The notes under the pieces: generated by a model
Databases searched by the model: none
What the model was told of the DNA's origin: nothing
What the model saw: the letters and a program-made list of their open reading frames with translations, nothing else
From: Eubacteriales bacterium
GTDB lineage: Bacteria > Bacillota > Clostridia > Oscillospirales > QAKW01
Reading direction: 5' to 3'
NCBI GenBank assembly: GCA_045545255.1
Contig: JAZQAQ010000102.1
Coordinates: forward strand, 1 to 42,225
Length of the DNA: 42,225 nt
In this document: in pieces, positions 24,177 to 33,196 of the stretch
How the letters are laid out: every line of letters begins with the position of its first letter
Position numbering within the stretch: position 1 is the stretch's first letter
Made by a program: the position numbers and the translations under genes

Positions 24177-24967
24177 AACTGATTATCTTTGCCGATCTGC
24201 ATTATTATGCGGGAGATCGCGAAACTGCCATTTTTGGCAAAACAAAAAAATTGACCCAATATGCCCCGTCGATGCTGGAGCAGCTGATCGAGAAGGTCAA
24301 CGGCGAGTATAAGCCTGATGCCGTCATCAATTTGGGGGATTCCATTCAGGACGGCAACGATCATGATGCCGATATCATCAGCCTGAAAAAAGTGGCGGAG
24401 AAGGTCAAGGAATTTGAATGCCCTTATTATATGGTATTGGGCAACCACGATATGAAGATGTTTGACTCCAAGCGGGAGGCGGAAGAGATCTTCGGCTTTG
24501 ATCGCTTTACCTATTCGGTGGATCTTTGCGGGTATCATCTGGTCTTTATGACTAATGATCTCAAGCCCGAGCTGGGCACCGCAGGCGGCGGGACGGTCAA
24601 GACCCACGCGATGGCGGAGGAGGATATCGCGTGGTTGCGGCAGGATCTTGCAAAGAATGAGAAGCCCTGCATCATTTGTACCCACTATCCCTTTACGGGC
24701 GATACCTGGAAAAGTCCCTATGCGTTGATTGAAAATCGGGACAAGCTTTTTGAGATCATGGATCAGGATCCCCGGCTCATTGCGGTCTTTTCGGGTCATA
24801 CCCACGTCGCCTATAACGAAGAACGGAAAGGGGTCAAGCATATCATCTTCGGCTCGCCCACCGCAGACCTTACCGAATGCGGCACCCCCGACGCGGTCTA
24901 CTATGAAGTGGATATTGAGGGGGATCAGATCAACGTCACCGAGCATTTGTTTGAGGTACGGGAATGA
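24173..24967 (+). CDS. Metallophosphoesterase (calcineurin-like)
   Basis: Motifs FADLH, GDSIQDG, GNHD and GHTH in the canonical order. ATGA overlap with ygjV. Confidence 0.85.
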   Translation: MKLIIFADLHYYAGDRETAIFGKTKKLTQYAPSMLEQLIEKVNGEYKPDAVINLGDSIQDGNDHDADIISLKKVAEKVKEFECPYYMVLGNHDMKMFDSKREAEEIFGFDRFTYSVDLCGYHLVFMTNDLKPELGTAGGGTVKTHAMAEEDIAWLRQDLAKNEKPCIICTHYPFTGDTWKSPYALIENRDKLFEIMDQDPRLIAVFSGHTHVAYNEERKGVKHIIFGSPTADLTECGTPDAVYYEVDIEGDQINVTEHLFEVRE

Positions 24968-25863
24968 ATCGTTTAGTTGGTATTTCTATTGGAGAATTGC
25001 AAAGAAAATACGGAGATCGACGGGCACTGGAGATCGCTCGAGAGATTGGTGCCGATGCCATTGATTTTAATTTGAAGGCAGAGCCCTATGAGGAGGGCTC
25101 GGTTTATAATCAGCCCGACGAGGCGATTGCTGCCTACTATCGGGAGTTGGGGGAGTATGCGGCTTCCTTGGGGTTGGTAGTTTCCCAGACCCACGGTCGG
25201 TGCAAAAGCTTTTGCGGAGAGGCGGAATGGGATAGGGTGACGGTGGAAAAATGCCGTCTGGATTGCCTTGCCACCGCCGTCTTGGGCGCACCGGTCTGCG
25301 TCATCCACAGTGTAGCCACCGGCTCGGTGGGGCCGGATGCAGACCCGCAGTATATGCGGGATCTGAACCACTCTCTGTTTATGACCATCCTGCCTTTTGC
25401 CAAAGAATACGGCGTGAAGATTGCGGCGGAAACTTTTGGTGATTCCGCCAAGCACGGCTGTGTTGATTTCTTTGGAAATATTGATGAATTCATTATGGCC
25501 TGCAAGCGGATCGAGGAGACGGAGCTTGCTCCGTATTTTACCGTCTGCGTGGATACGGGTCATTCCAATAAGGCGATGCGGTTTGGCAACCCCACCCCTG
25601 CCGACGTCATTCGTCGGATCGGCGGTCGCACCACTATCCTGCACTTAAATGACAACGATACCCTTACCGATCAGCACAAGATCCCTATGACGGGGTGCAT
25701 CGATTGGGAGGACGTTTTCAATGCTCTGGATGAGGTGGGCTATAACGGTGTTTACAATATGGAGCTGAGCCTCAAACATTTCGGCGAGGCGTTTTTGATC
25801 GAGCACGCCGCCTTTGCGGTGCAGGTGATGCGGCATTTATTGAATACGAGGTACGGAAAATGA
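24964..25863 (+). CDS. Sugar phosphate isomerase/epimerase (xylose-isomerase-like TIM barrel)
   Basis: AP-endonuclease-2/TIM-barrel-like pattern (IAAETFG, VCVDTGH, HLNDN, YNMEL). Overlaps both neighbouring genes by 4 nt. Confidence 0.75.
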   Translation: MNRLVGISIGELQRKYGDRRALEIAREIGADAIDFNLKAEPYEEGSVYNQPDEAIAAYYRELGEYAASLGLVVSQTHGRCKSFCGEAEWDRVTVEKCRLDCLATAVLGAPVCVIHSVATGSVGPDADPQYMRDLNHSLFMTILPFAKEYGVKIAAETFGDSAKHGCVDFFGNIDEFIMACKRIEETELAPYFTVCVDTGHSNKAMRFGNPTPADVIRRIGGRTTILHLNDNDTLTDQHKIPMTGCIDWEDVFNALDEVGYNGVYNMELSLKHFGEAFLIEHAAFAVQVMRHLLNTRYGK

Positions 25864-26135
25864 CCACCTTTCAGAAATTAGACCGTCTGACCGCCTTGGT
25901 GCGGGCAGATGAAAGCCTGCGGCAGGCATTGCTGGCAACGCAAAACTCGGCGGAGCCGATCTTGGATTTTTGTGCGCTGGCGCAGGAGGCGGGAATAGAT
26001 CTGGCAGCAGGGGAGCTTTTCGCGGTGGGATTGGAATATTCCGATAACCAGTGCAAAAGCACCAACGGCGGCAATCCTTCTCCCTATGAAGCCTTCGATG
26101 ATGCCTATGAAAATTTCATTTTTTCTATCAAATAA
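25860..26135 (+). CDS. Nif11-domain small protein (91 aa)
   Basis: N-terminal 50 aa (FQKLDRLTALVRADESLRQALLATQNSAEPILDFCALAQEAGIDLAAGELF) match the Nif11 pattern. The tail is ...NQCKSTNGGNPSPYEAFDDAYENFIFSIK. Confidence 0.65.
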   Translation: MTTFQKLDRLTALVRADESLRQALLATQNSAEPILDFCALAQEAGIDLAAGELFAVGLEYSDNQCKSTNGGNPSPYEAFDDAYENFIFSIK

Positions 26136-26139
26136 AAAG

Positions 26140-26176
26140 CAGGAGAAAGACTTGTTCTTTCTCCTGTATATTTTTA
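26140..26176 (+). terminator. Intrinsic terminator after the Nif11-like gene
   Basis: CAGGAGAAAGA / TCTTTCTCCTG stem followed by TATATTTTTA. Confidence 0.75.
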
Positions 26177-26191
26177 CGCAAAAATGAAATA

Positions 26192-26237
26192 ACCCTCGAA
26201 ATGTTCCGCTTTCTCGTCACAGAATCATTTCGAGGGT
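26192..26237. repeat. Inverted repeat with 12-bp perfect arms (ACCCTCGAAATG / CATTTCGAGGGT) and a 22-nt loop
   Basis: Read directly from the sequence. The arms extend imperfectly to about 19 bp. Lies in a ~430-bp stretch with no convincing gene. Confidence 0.6.
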
Positions 26238-26519
26238 CATTTCGTTGAACTTGCAGGTTCCAACATGGTGTACCTCACTTTCTTTGATTTTTCAGGCTCG
26301 TTTCCTCTTTTCGGTCGGGCTGTGTCCTAATGTTCCAAAGATCCTTCCAAATCTATGTCAATTTTTTGTCCCGCACTACGGTGCGGCTTTAGAGCGGCGA
26401 CCTTTCGAGCCTTCTTTGAAGTTTTCCTTCTCTTCGATTATAGAATACCATACTTTTTTCTGTTTTTCAATTCGCAAAAACCCATAAAATTTCAAGAAAA
26501 ATTTTATTTTATTTGCGAA

Positions 26520-26549
26520 TTGACAAGTATGAATCATTTTTGATATAAT
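26520..26549 (+). promoter_or_regulatory. Near-consensus promoter upstream of the lipase gene
   Basis: TTGACA (26520-26525), an 18-nt spacer, then TATAAT (26544-26549). Confidence 0.55.
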
Positions 26550-26559
26550 AAATTTGTTG

Positions 26560-26581
26560 GGCGTCATTTGACGCCTTTTTT
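26560..26581 (+). terminator. Terminator-like hairpin plus T6 immediately downstream of that promoter
   Basis: GGCGTCA-TT-TGACGCC followed by TTTTTT, beginning about 4 nt after the predicted +1. Confidence 0.5.
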
Positions 26582-26603
26582 GTTGCCCGGAATAGAATAT
26601 AGT

Positions 26604-27227
26604 ATGGAATTGAGCCGTCTATTTGAGAAGTGTATGACCACACCGTATATTCACGTGGAAAATGGGGCGAGCTTTGCTGCGGAGCAGCCGGGCAATCGGC
26701 TGCAGCTTTATTTTGAAGCCTCCCACGGAGCTACCGACTGGAAAAACAATCTGGATTTTCCCGCCAAACCATATCGGCGGATGGATGATCGGATATGGTT
26801 TGCCCATCAAGGCTTTTTGAAGGTCTGGAAATCAGCGGAGGAGTATCTGGAGGAGATGATCAAAGACCCTGCGATCAGGGAGATCGTCATTGCCGGCTAT
26901 TCCCATGGCGCGGCGTTGGCGGTGCTCTGCTATGAATACGTCTGGTTCCACCGCCCTGACCTACGCACTCGATTGACCGGATTTGGATTCGGTTGTCCTC
27001 GGGTGGTCTGGGGGTTTGCACCAAGGGAACGCTGGGCAGGGTTTACGGTAGTGCGCAATACGGATGATCTTGTTACCCATCTTCCTCCTGCGGTACTGGG
27101 GTATACCCATATTGGGCATTTACTGGAGATTGGGGAAAAGGGACGCTATTCTTCCATTGATGCGCATCGCCCGGAAAATATTCTGACTGAACTAAAAAGA
27201 TATGAGCTGCTTTTGCCAAGTGTCTAA
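26604..27227 (+). CDS. Class 3 lipase / alpha-beta hydrolase
   Basis: Nucleophile elbow GYSHGAALA and a later D..V..LP segment. Start uncertain: the ATG at 26604 has no clear RBS, and the ORF is open from a TTG at 26568. Confidence 0.7.
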   Translation: MELSRLFEKCMTTPYIHVENGASFAAEQPGNRLQLYFEASHGATDWKNNLDFPAKPYRRMDDRIWFAHQGFLKVWKSAEEYLEEMIKDPAIREIVIAGYSHGAALAVLCYEYVWFHRPDLRTRLTGFGFGCPRVVWGFAPRERWAGFTVVRNTDDLVTHLPPAVLGYTHIGHLLEIGEKGRYSSIDAHRPENILTELKRYELLLPSV

Positions 27228-27258
27228 ATGAGCATTTGACAAAAGAAGCTCATATTTT

Positions 27259-29616
27259 TTATTTTTGATAAAAGCTTTTTGCAATGTGTACCGCGTCCAT
27301 AGCGTTCTTTCCGTAGAAATCCGCGCAGATCATCTTGGCATAGTCCTCGTTGAGAACGGCACCTCCCACCATTACCTTGATGGTAGGGTCTGATTCGTGG
27401 ATCAGTCGGATGGTTTCTTCCATGGCAGGCACAGTGGTGGTCATCAGCGCGCTGAGTCCCACCAGTCGGCAGTCGTGCTTTTGCGCCGCCTCTAAAACTC
27501 GGGCAGGCTCTACGTCCCGTCCCAGATCGATCACCTTAAAACCGTAACTTTCCAAAAGGACCTGCACGATATTCTTTCCGATATCGTGGATATCCCCCTT
27601 GACCGTCGCCAGCAGGATGCTTTCTCCGTTTTCTGCGGCGGCGGGCATTTTTTCTTTGATTCGAGCAAATGCTGCGTTTGCAGCCTCGGCACTCATCAGC
27701 AGCTGGGGCAGGTATGCCTTTTTCTGCTCGAAAGCTGCTCCGATCTCGTTGAGGGCGGGGATGATCTCTTCGTTGATGACTGCCAGCGGCTCACGCTCTG
27801 CCAGTGCGGCATCGGCGGTGATGACGGCGTCCTCCTTCATCCCTTTGACCACTGCGTACCGCAGACTGATATCGGTCGGCGCGGCATTGGATACGGCGGG
27901 GGCGGATTGATCCGCATAAGCGATAAAGTCCTTGCAGGCGGGATCCATTCCCCGCAGAGCGCGGAAGGCGTACCAGCTATCCATCATCCCTTGAGAGAAG
28001 GGGTTCATAATGGCGCAGTTGAGTCCGTTTTCCATCGCGCATACAAAGAAGGCGGCATTGATTTTTTCACGGGCGGGCAGCCCGAAGGAGACATTGGAGA
28101 CACCGAGGCTGGTATAAAAACCGTCCGCACGCAAAAGGCGGATGGCGTTCAGCGTCACTGCGGCACTTTGAGGATCGGAGGAGACTGTCAGAGCCAGGGG
28201 ATCGACGATGATATCCTTCTTTTGAATGCTGTATTCCGCCGCCCGTGCGGCAATTCTCCGCGCGATGGCAAGTCTCCCTTCGGCAGTGGCGGGAATACCG
28301 GTGCTGTCCATCGTGAGGGCAATGACCGATCCGCCGTATTTCTGCACCGAGGGGAAGACGGCATCCATACTTTCCGCCTCGCCGTTGACGGAATTGATCA
28401 GCGGCTTTCCGTTATAGACCCGCATTGCATCTGCCAGCACTTTGGGGTTTGCGGAGTCCAGCTGGAGAGGAAGATCGGTGACTGCCTGCAGAGCGACCAC
28501 TGCTTTTTTCATCATTTTTTGCTCGTCAATTTCAGGCAGACCCACGTTGACGTCCAGAATCTGCACCCCCGCGTCTGCCTGACGGATCCCTTCGTTGAGA
28601 AGATAGTTCATATCCTCGTTGCGGAGGGCTTCTTTTAATTTCGGCTTGCCGGTGGGGTTGATCCGCTCCCCGATGAGCAAGGGCATCTCTCCCACTTCTA
28701 CCGCGTGAGTATAGGAGGAGACGACGGTTTTATTCTTTGGCTTGGGCAGAGTGTAGGGAATGCACGCGGTCTTTTCCTTCATCGCTTGGATATGGGCAGG
28801 GGTGGTACCGCAGCAGCCGCCCGGAATGCAGCCGCCCTTTTGCACGATCTCTTCCATACAATCGGCAAATTCCGCAGGAGTGACGCTAAAGACGGTCTCG
28901 CCGTCTCGGATTTGGGGTAGCCCCGCATTGGGATTGACAATAATGGGCAAGGAGGCGCAATCTGCAAGCTGCTCCACCACCGCCAGCATCTGGCGGGGAC
29001 CTAAAGAGCAGTTGATGCCCAAAGCATCTACCCCCAAGCCCTCCAGCAGAGCCACCATAGCGGCGGGGTCTGCGCCGGTCATCAGCTTGCCGCTGCCGTC
29101 ATAAACATTGGTGACGAAGACGGGCAGATCGGTCTGCTCCTTTGCCGCAAGAACAGCGGCTTTGGTTTCGTAGCTGTCGTTCATCGTTTCGATGAGGATC
29201 AGGTCTGCGCCGTATTCGGCTGCCAACTTCGTATTGGCGGCGAAAAGCCCCACCGCCTCTTCAAAGGGGAGATCGCCCAAAGGCTCCAGCAGACGGCCTG
29301 TGGGCCCGATGTCGAAGGCGATGTATGCTTCCTCCCGTCCTGCAACCGCCGCCTTGGCGCAGTCCATCGCGGCGCGGATCAGTTCACGGTAGTTTTCATA
29401 TTTATCCCGATTGATGCCAAAGGTATTGGTCTTGATGATATTCGCTCCCGCATCCAGATAAGCAGAATGCAGAGCGGTGATCTTTTCGGGGGCGGTAAGA
29501 TTCCATATCTCGGGCGGCTGACCTGCGGGCAGACCTAAAGCCTGCAGTACCGTTCCGGTACCGCCGTCGAAGTAAAGTCGTTTTGTTTTGAGAAGTGTAC
29601 GAATATCAGTTTTCAT
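27259..29616 (-). CDS. metH: Cobalamin-dependent methionine synthase without the C-terminal activation domain
   Basis: The Hcy-binding domain (GGCCGTTP), pterin-binding domain and B12-binding domain (GDIHDIGKNIV) occur in order over 785 aa. Confidence 0.9.
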   Translation of the reverse strand: MKTDIRTLLKTKRLYFDGGTGTVLQALGLPAGQPPEIWNLTAPEKITALHSAYLDAGANIIKTNTFGINRDKYENYRELIRAAMDCAKAAVAGREEAYIAFDIGPTGRLLEPLGDLPFEEAVGLFAANTKLAAEYGADLILIETMNDSYETKAAVLAAKEQTDLPVFVTNVYDGSGKLMTGADPAAMVALLEGLGVDALGINCSLGPRQMLAVVEQLADCASLPIIVNPNAGLPQIRDGETVFSVTPAEFADCMEEIVQKGGCIPGGCCGTTPAHIQAMKEKTACIPYTLPKPKNKTVVSSYTHAVEVGEMPLLIGERINPTGKPKLKEALRNEDMNYLLNEGIRQADAGVQILDVNVGLPEIDEQKMMKKAVVALQAVTDLPLQLDSANPKVLADAMRVYNGKPLINSVNGEAESMDAVFPSVQKYGGSVIALTMDSTGIPATAEGRLAIARRIAARAAEYSIQKKDIIVDPLALTVSSDPQSAAVTLNAIRLLRADGFYTSLGVSNVSFGLPAREKINAAFFVCAMENGLNCAIMNPFSQGMMDSWYAFRALRGMDPACKDFIAYADQSAPAVSNAAPTDISLRYAVVKGMKEDAVITADAALAEREPLAVINEEIIPALNEIGAAFEQKKAYLPQLLMSAEAANAAFARIKEKMPAAAENGESILLATVKGDIHDIGKNIVQVLLESYGFKVIDLGRDVEPARVLEAAQKHDCRLVGLSALMTTTVPAMEETIRLIHESDPTIKVMVGGAVLNEDYAKMICADFYGKNAMDAVHIAKSFYQK

Positions 29617-30175
29617 ATTTGATCCCCATAATGGCAGTGATGGACTTGGTAGGTACCATCAGCAGATTTTTGGTAAGGGTAATTCCGATGGCTTGCCCCT
29701 GCAGAAAGCGGAGCAGCGGCTCTTGATAGGAGAGGGAGAGATCACCGTAGCCCGGGCTGTATCGCTTAGCGCAGTTCAGCGTCCCCTTTAATTCATCCTC
29801 CGCCAGTTGGCAAGCGGCATCCGCAAGGGTGGAGGCGAGGGCGTCGGTGATGAAATGCTCCGCCGTGTCGGACACGGATAGCCGCATCAGCAGGCGATCC
29901 ACGCCGATCCCTAAAGTGACCGCAAATAAAAAGGCTTCGTTGCAGCCCTCCAGATTTTTGGCAAGACTGCGGCTTTGAATTTTCCCAAAGCCCAGCTCCA
30001 GCGTGTCGCTTTCCCGCAGGATGGGCACCCGCCGAAAGGAATAACGGCAGGTGATGACCTTCCTTAATTCCTGCAAACAGTGCTCTGCTCCCTCCACCGG
30101 GAGTCGGCTTTGCAGACGGGCGCGCAGTTCAATGGGATCGGGTTGCAGGCAGAGGGCGTCGATCTCGCGGATCAT
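29606..30175 (-). CDS. Stand-alone methionine synthase activation-domain-like protein
   Basis: 189 aa with RYSPGYGD and MVPTKSITAIMGI motifs. Sits between metF and metH with overlapping ends. Confidence 0.75.
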   Translation of the reverse strand: MIREIDALCLQPDPIELRARLQSRLPVEGAEHCLQELRKVITCRYSFRRVPILRESDTLELGFGKIQSRSLAKNLEGCNEAFLFAVTLGIGVDRLLMRLSVSDTAEHFITDALASTLADAACQLAEDELKGTLNCAKRYSPGYGDLSLSYQEPLLRFLQGQAIGITLTKNLLMVPTKSITAIMGIKYEN

Positions 30176-31032
30176 TTGATGATCTCCGAAAGGTTGCGCT
30201 TGATGGCCTCCGCCACGTCGGGCTTATTCATAGAATAAACGTGTACCGCGTTGATGCCGTTGGCAAGCAGGTCGATGATCTGCTCGGTGGCATAAGCAAT
30301 ACCCGCCTGCTTCATTGCCGCAGGGTCATCGCCGTAGCGGTCAACGATGCGGATAAACCGTTGGGGCAGAGAGGTGCCGGAAATGGCGCAGATGCGCTTG
30401 ATCTGGCGGGGGTTGGTCACAGGCATAATACCCGCTACCACAGGGACGTTTATCCCCGCCTTGTACATCCGATACATAAAATTATAAAGAATATTATTAT
30501 CAAAAAACATCTGGGTGGTAAGAAACTCGCAGCCGCTTTCCACCTTGATCTTCAGACTGTCGATATCCGCAGAGCTGTTTGCACTTTCCGGGTGGCTTTC
30601 GGGGTAGCAGGCTCCGCCGATACAAAATCCGCCGAAATCGCGGATGGCACGGGTCAGATCGCTGGCATAGCGGAAAGAAAGATTTTCCGCGCTCATCCCC
30701 TCGGGCAGATCTCCCCGCAGGGCTAAAATATTTTCGATCCCCATCTCCTTGAGGGCGGTCAGCTGATCGCGGATGGTCTCCTCGGAGGCGTGGATACAGC
30801 TCAGGTGCACCAGCGGAGTGGTGCCGCTGTCCAGAAGGGATTTTGCGATATCAAAGGTATACTGAGAGGTGCTTCCGCCTGCGCCGTAGGTGACGCTGAT
30901 ATAGCTGGGATCGAGATTTCCGATGGCTTGCGCCGCTTCTGCCACCTCGTGAAAGGCGGCGTCGGTCTTGGGGGGAAAGACTTCAAAGGAAAGACTGGGC
31001 TTTCCGTTGCGGATTCTTTCTGAAATTTTCAT
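30172..31032 (-). CDS. metF: Methylenetetrahydrofolate reductase
   Basis: SFEVFPPKT, YISVTYGAGGS and LALRGD motifs. 286 aa. Confidence 0.9.
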   Translation of the reverse strand: MKISERIRNGKPSLSFEVFPPKTDAAFHEVAEAAQAIGNLDPSYISVTYGAGGSTSQYTFDIAKSLLDSGTTPLVHLSCIHASEETIRDQLTALKEMGIENILALRGDLPEGMSAENLSFRYASDLTRAIRDFGGFCIGGACYPESHPESANSSADIDSLKIKVESGCEFLTTQMFFDNNILYNFMYRMYKAGINVPVVAGIMPVTNPRQIKRICAISGTSLPQRFIRIVDRYGDDPAAMKQAGIAYATEQIIDLLANGINAVHVYSMNKPDVAEAIKRNLSEIIK

Positions 31033-31131
31033 AAAATCACTTCTTTTTTATTATTATAGTTAAATTAATAATAGCACAGCATTTTTCGCATTGCAAGCAG
31101 ATATTTCACATAAAGTATATGGGGTGAATTT

Positions 31132-32655
31132 ATGAACAATCGGAAATTTTTTCAAAATGCAGTCCTGCTGACCGGTACCGGATTGGTACTGCGTGCGGCG
31201 GGTCTTTTGCTGCGGGTACTGCTGGCGAATGTGCTGGGAGAGGAGGGGATGGGACTATATTCCCTGACCTTCACCGTTTATAATCTTTTTATTACCCTTG
31301 CCCAATCGGGGATCGCGGCGGCGGTGACTCGGCTGGTGGCGCAGCATCTGGCATTGCGCCAGCAGGGAAAGGCGCGGGGCGCGCTTCGGGCGTGCCTGAT
31401 GTGGGCGGCGATTCTCGGCGGCGGAGCCTGCCTTTTGCTGTTTGCGAGCAGCGACTTTCTTGCGGCACGCTGGATCGGTAACCGCGATTGCGCTTTTGCA
31501 CTGCGGATGCTGGCGTTTTCCTTGCCTTTTATGACGGTCTCCGGTTGCTATGCGGGATATTTCGTCAGCCGACGGAATGTGCTGCCCGGCAGTCTCTCCC
31601 AGATTTTGGAGCAGGCGGTACGGCTGGGGATGGTAGTGCTGGCAGTTTTGGCATTTCGGGGTTATGGCTTTTCCGTACTGCTGGGTGTGGTGGTATTGGC
31701 GAATACCGTCTCGGAAGGGGTCTCCTGCCTCTTTTTGCTGATCGCTGACCGCCGCGACCCCTTGCGGGCAAAGCCGGAAAAGCCGGAGCGGGGGAGTATT
31801 CGCCGCATCGCACTGCCGGTGGCGGCATCCCGCTATCTTTCCACCGCCCTTCATACTACCGAGAATATCCTGATCCCCACCGCCATCGCCCGCTATAGCG
31901 GTAGTTATTCCCTCGGTCTGGCGCAGTTTGGTGCTCTCAAGGGGATGGCGATCCCCCTGCTCTTTTTCCCTGCCTCTTTTCTGACCGCCCTTTCCTCCCT
32001 CCTTGTGCCGGAGGTGACCGATACCTCCGCCCGTGCCGACTGGAAGTCCACCCGCTCCATCGTCTCCCGCGCACTGGAGATCACCATTACCCTTTCGGTG
32101 ATGATCGGCGGTGTGTTTTTTATTTACGGCGATTCCTTGGGCGGCTTGCTCTTTCATAGTGATACCGTCAGTATGATGCTGCGGGTGCTGGCACCCATCA
32201 CCCCCTTTATGTATATGGATACCATCGCAGACGGACTGCTTAAAGGACTGGATCGCCAGAGCAAGGCGTTGCGGAATAATACCATCGATTCTATTCTGCG
32301 GATCCTGCTTATTACGTTTGCAGTCCCTACCTTCGGTATCTATGGCTTTTTAGGGGTGATGGTCTTCAGCAACGTGCTGGTGGCGTCCCTCAATATGGGT
32401 ACGCTGCTGAAGGCGTGCAGGTTGAGCTTTCATTGGAGGGAATGGGTGCTCCGTCCCTTGACGGCGGCAGGGCTTTCCTCGGCAGTATGGGCACTCTTAC
32501 CCCTTCGGGGTACACTCTGGAGAATGATTCTCGGTGCCGGACTTTGGTGCGGGATCTATCTGCTATTTTATTGGTTGACACTTTCTGAAAAAAATTCTAT
32601 AATAAGATCAAAGGGAGTGAGAAAGCGTGAAGCAAAGACTGCTGGAATGTTTTGA
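31132..32655 (+). CDS. MOP-superfamily flippase, SpoVB / polysaccharide biosynthesis protein-like
   Basis: 507-aa protein with about 14 TM segments and an N-terminus FFQNAVLLTGTGLVLRAAGLLLRVLLANVLGEEGMGLY typical of SpoVB/MurJ-like proteins. Confidence 0.8.
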   Translation: MNNRKFFQNAVLLTGTGLVLRAAGLLLRVLLANVLGEEGMGLYSLTFTVYNLFITLAQSGIAAAVTRLVAQHLALRQQGKARGALRACLMWAAILGGGACLLLFASSDFLAARWIGNRDCAFALRMLAFSLPFMTVSGCYAGYFVSRRNVLPGSLSQILEQAVRLGMVVLAVLAFRGYGFSVLLGVVVLANTVSEGVSCLFLLIADRRDPLRAKPEKPERGSIRRIALPVAASRYLSTALHTTENILIPTAIARYSGSYSLGLAQFGALKGMAIPLLFFPASFLTALSSLLVPEVTDTSARADWKSTRSIVSRALEITITLSVMIGGVFFIYGDSLGGLLFHSDTVSMMLRVLAPITPFMYMDTIADGLLKGLDRQSKALRNNTIDSILRILLITFAVPTFGIYGFLGVMVFSNVLVASLNMGTLLKACRLSFHWREWVLRPLTAAGLSSAVWALLPLRGTLWRMILGAGLWCGIYLLFYWLTLSEKNSIIRSKGVRKREAKTAGMF

Positions 32656-33190
32656 AGAAGTCCCCATTGTGGCGGCTGCCAAAAGCGCAGAGGAGCTGGA
32701 GAGATGTCTGGAGAGCAAAAGTGACGTTATCTTTTTGCTGTTTGGGGATATCTGTACCGTGGCGGCGCTGGTGGAGCGTGTCAAGACGGCGGGTAAGATC
32801 GCCATTGTCCATCTGGATCTCATCGACGGGCTTGCCCCCAAGGAGATCAGCGTGGATTTCATCGCCGAGGAGACATTGGCGGACGGCGTTATTTCTACTA
32901 AAAATTCCATTATTCGCTATGCCCACCAAAAGGGGCTTTTGACCATTCAGCGGTACTTTCTGCTGGATTCCCGTGTGTTGGAAAATATTGCAAAAAACGT
33001 ATCCCCCGCAGACTTTTTTGAGGTCCTGCCGGGCGTGATGCCCAAGATCATCCGTCAGCTCGTGAGGACGACGGGTAAGCCTATCATCGCAGGCGGGATG
33101 ATCCGTGATAAGGAGGATGTGATGGGCGCTTTGTCTGCGGGCGCAGTGGCCATCTCCTCGACGAACAGTGATGTCTGGTTTATGGAGTAA
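32627..33190 (+). CDS. glpP: Glycerol-3-phosphate responsive antiterminator family protein
   Basis: 187 aa, with PIVAAAKS...VIFLLFGDI...IVHLDLIDGL...VISTK...IQRYFLLDS...PGVMPK typical of GlpP. GTG start after AGGGAG. Confidence 0.8.
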   Translation: MKQRLLECFEEVPIVAAAKSAEELERCLESKSDVIFLLFGDICTVAALVERVKTAGKIAIVHLDLIDGLAPKEISVDFIAEETLADGVISTKNSIIRYAHQKGLLTIQRYFLLDSRVLENIAKNVSPADFFEVLPGVMPKIIRQLVRTTGKPIIAGGMIRDKEDVMGALSAGAVAISSTNSDVWFME

Positions 33191-33196
33191 AGTAAA

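Noticed and set aside
26245-26567. Small ORFs (80, 62 and 63 aa) in the gene-free stretch before the lipase gene
   Set aside because: They have no ribosome sites, mutually overlap in different frames and have hydrophobic/low-complexity sequences. I treat the stretch as non-coding.
27586-28638. 350-aa plus-strand ORF inside metH, and similar long ORFs at 24110-24946, 31255-32157, 33560-34489, 35177-35923, 37527-38312, 38242-39003 and 39748-41160
   Set aside because: All lie antisense to confidently identified genes and have low-complexity or atypical composition.
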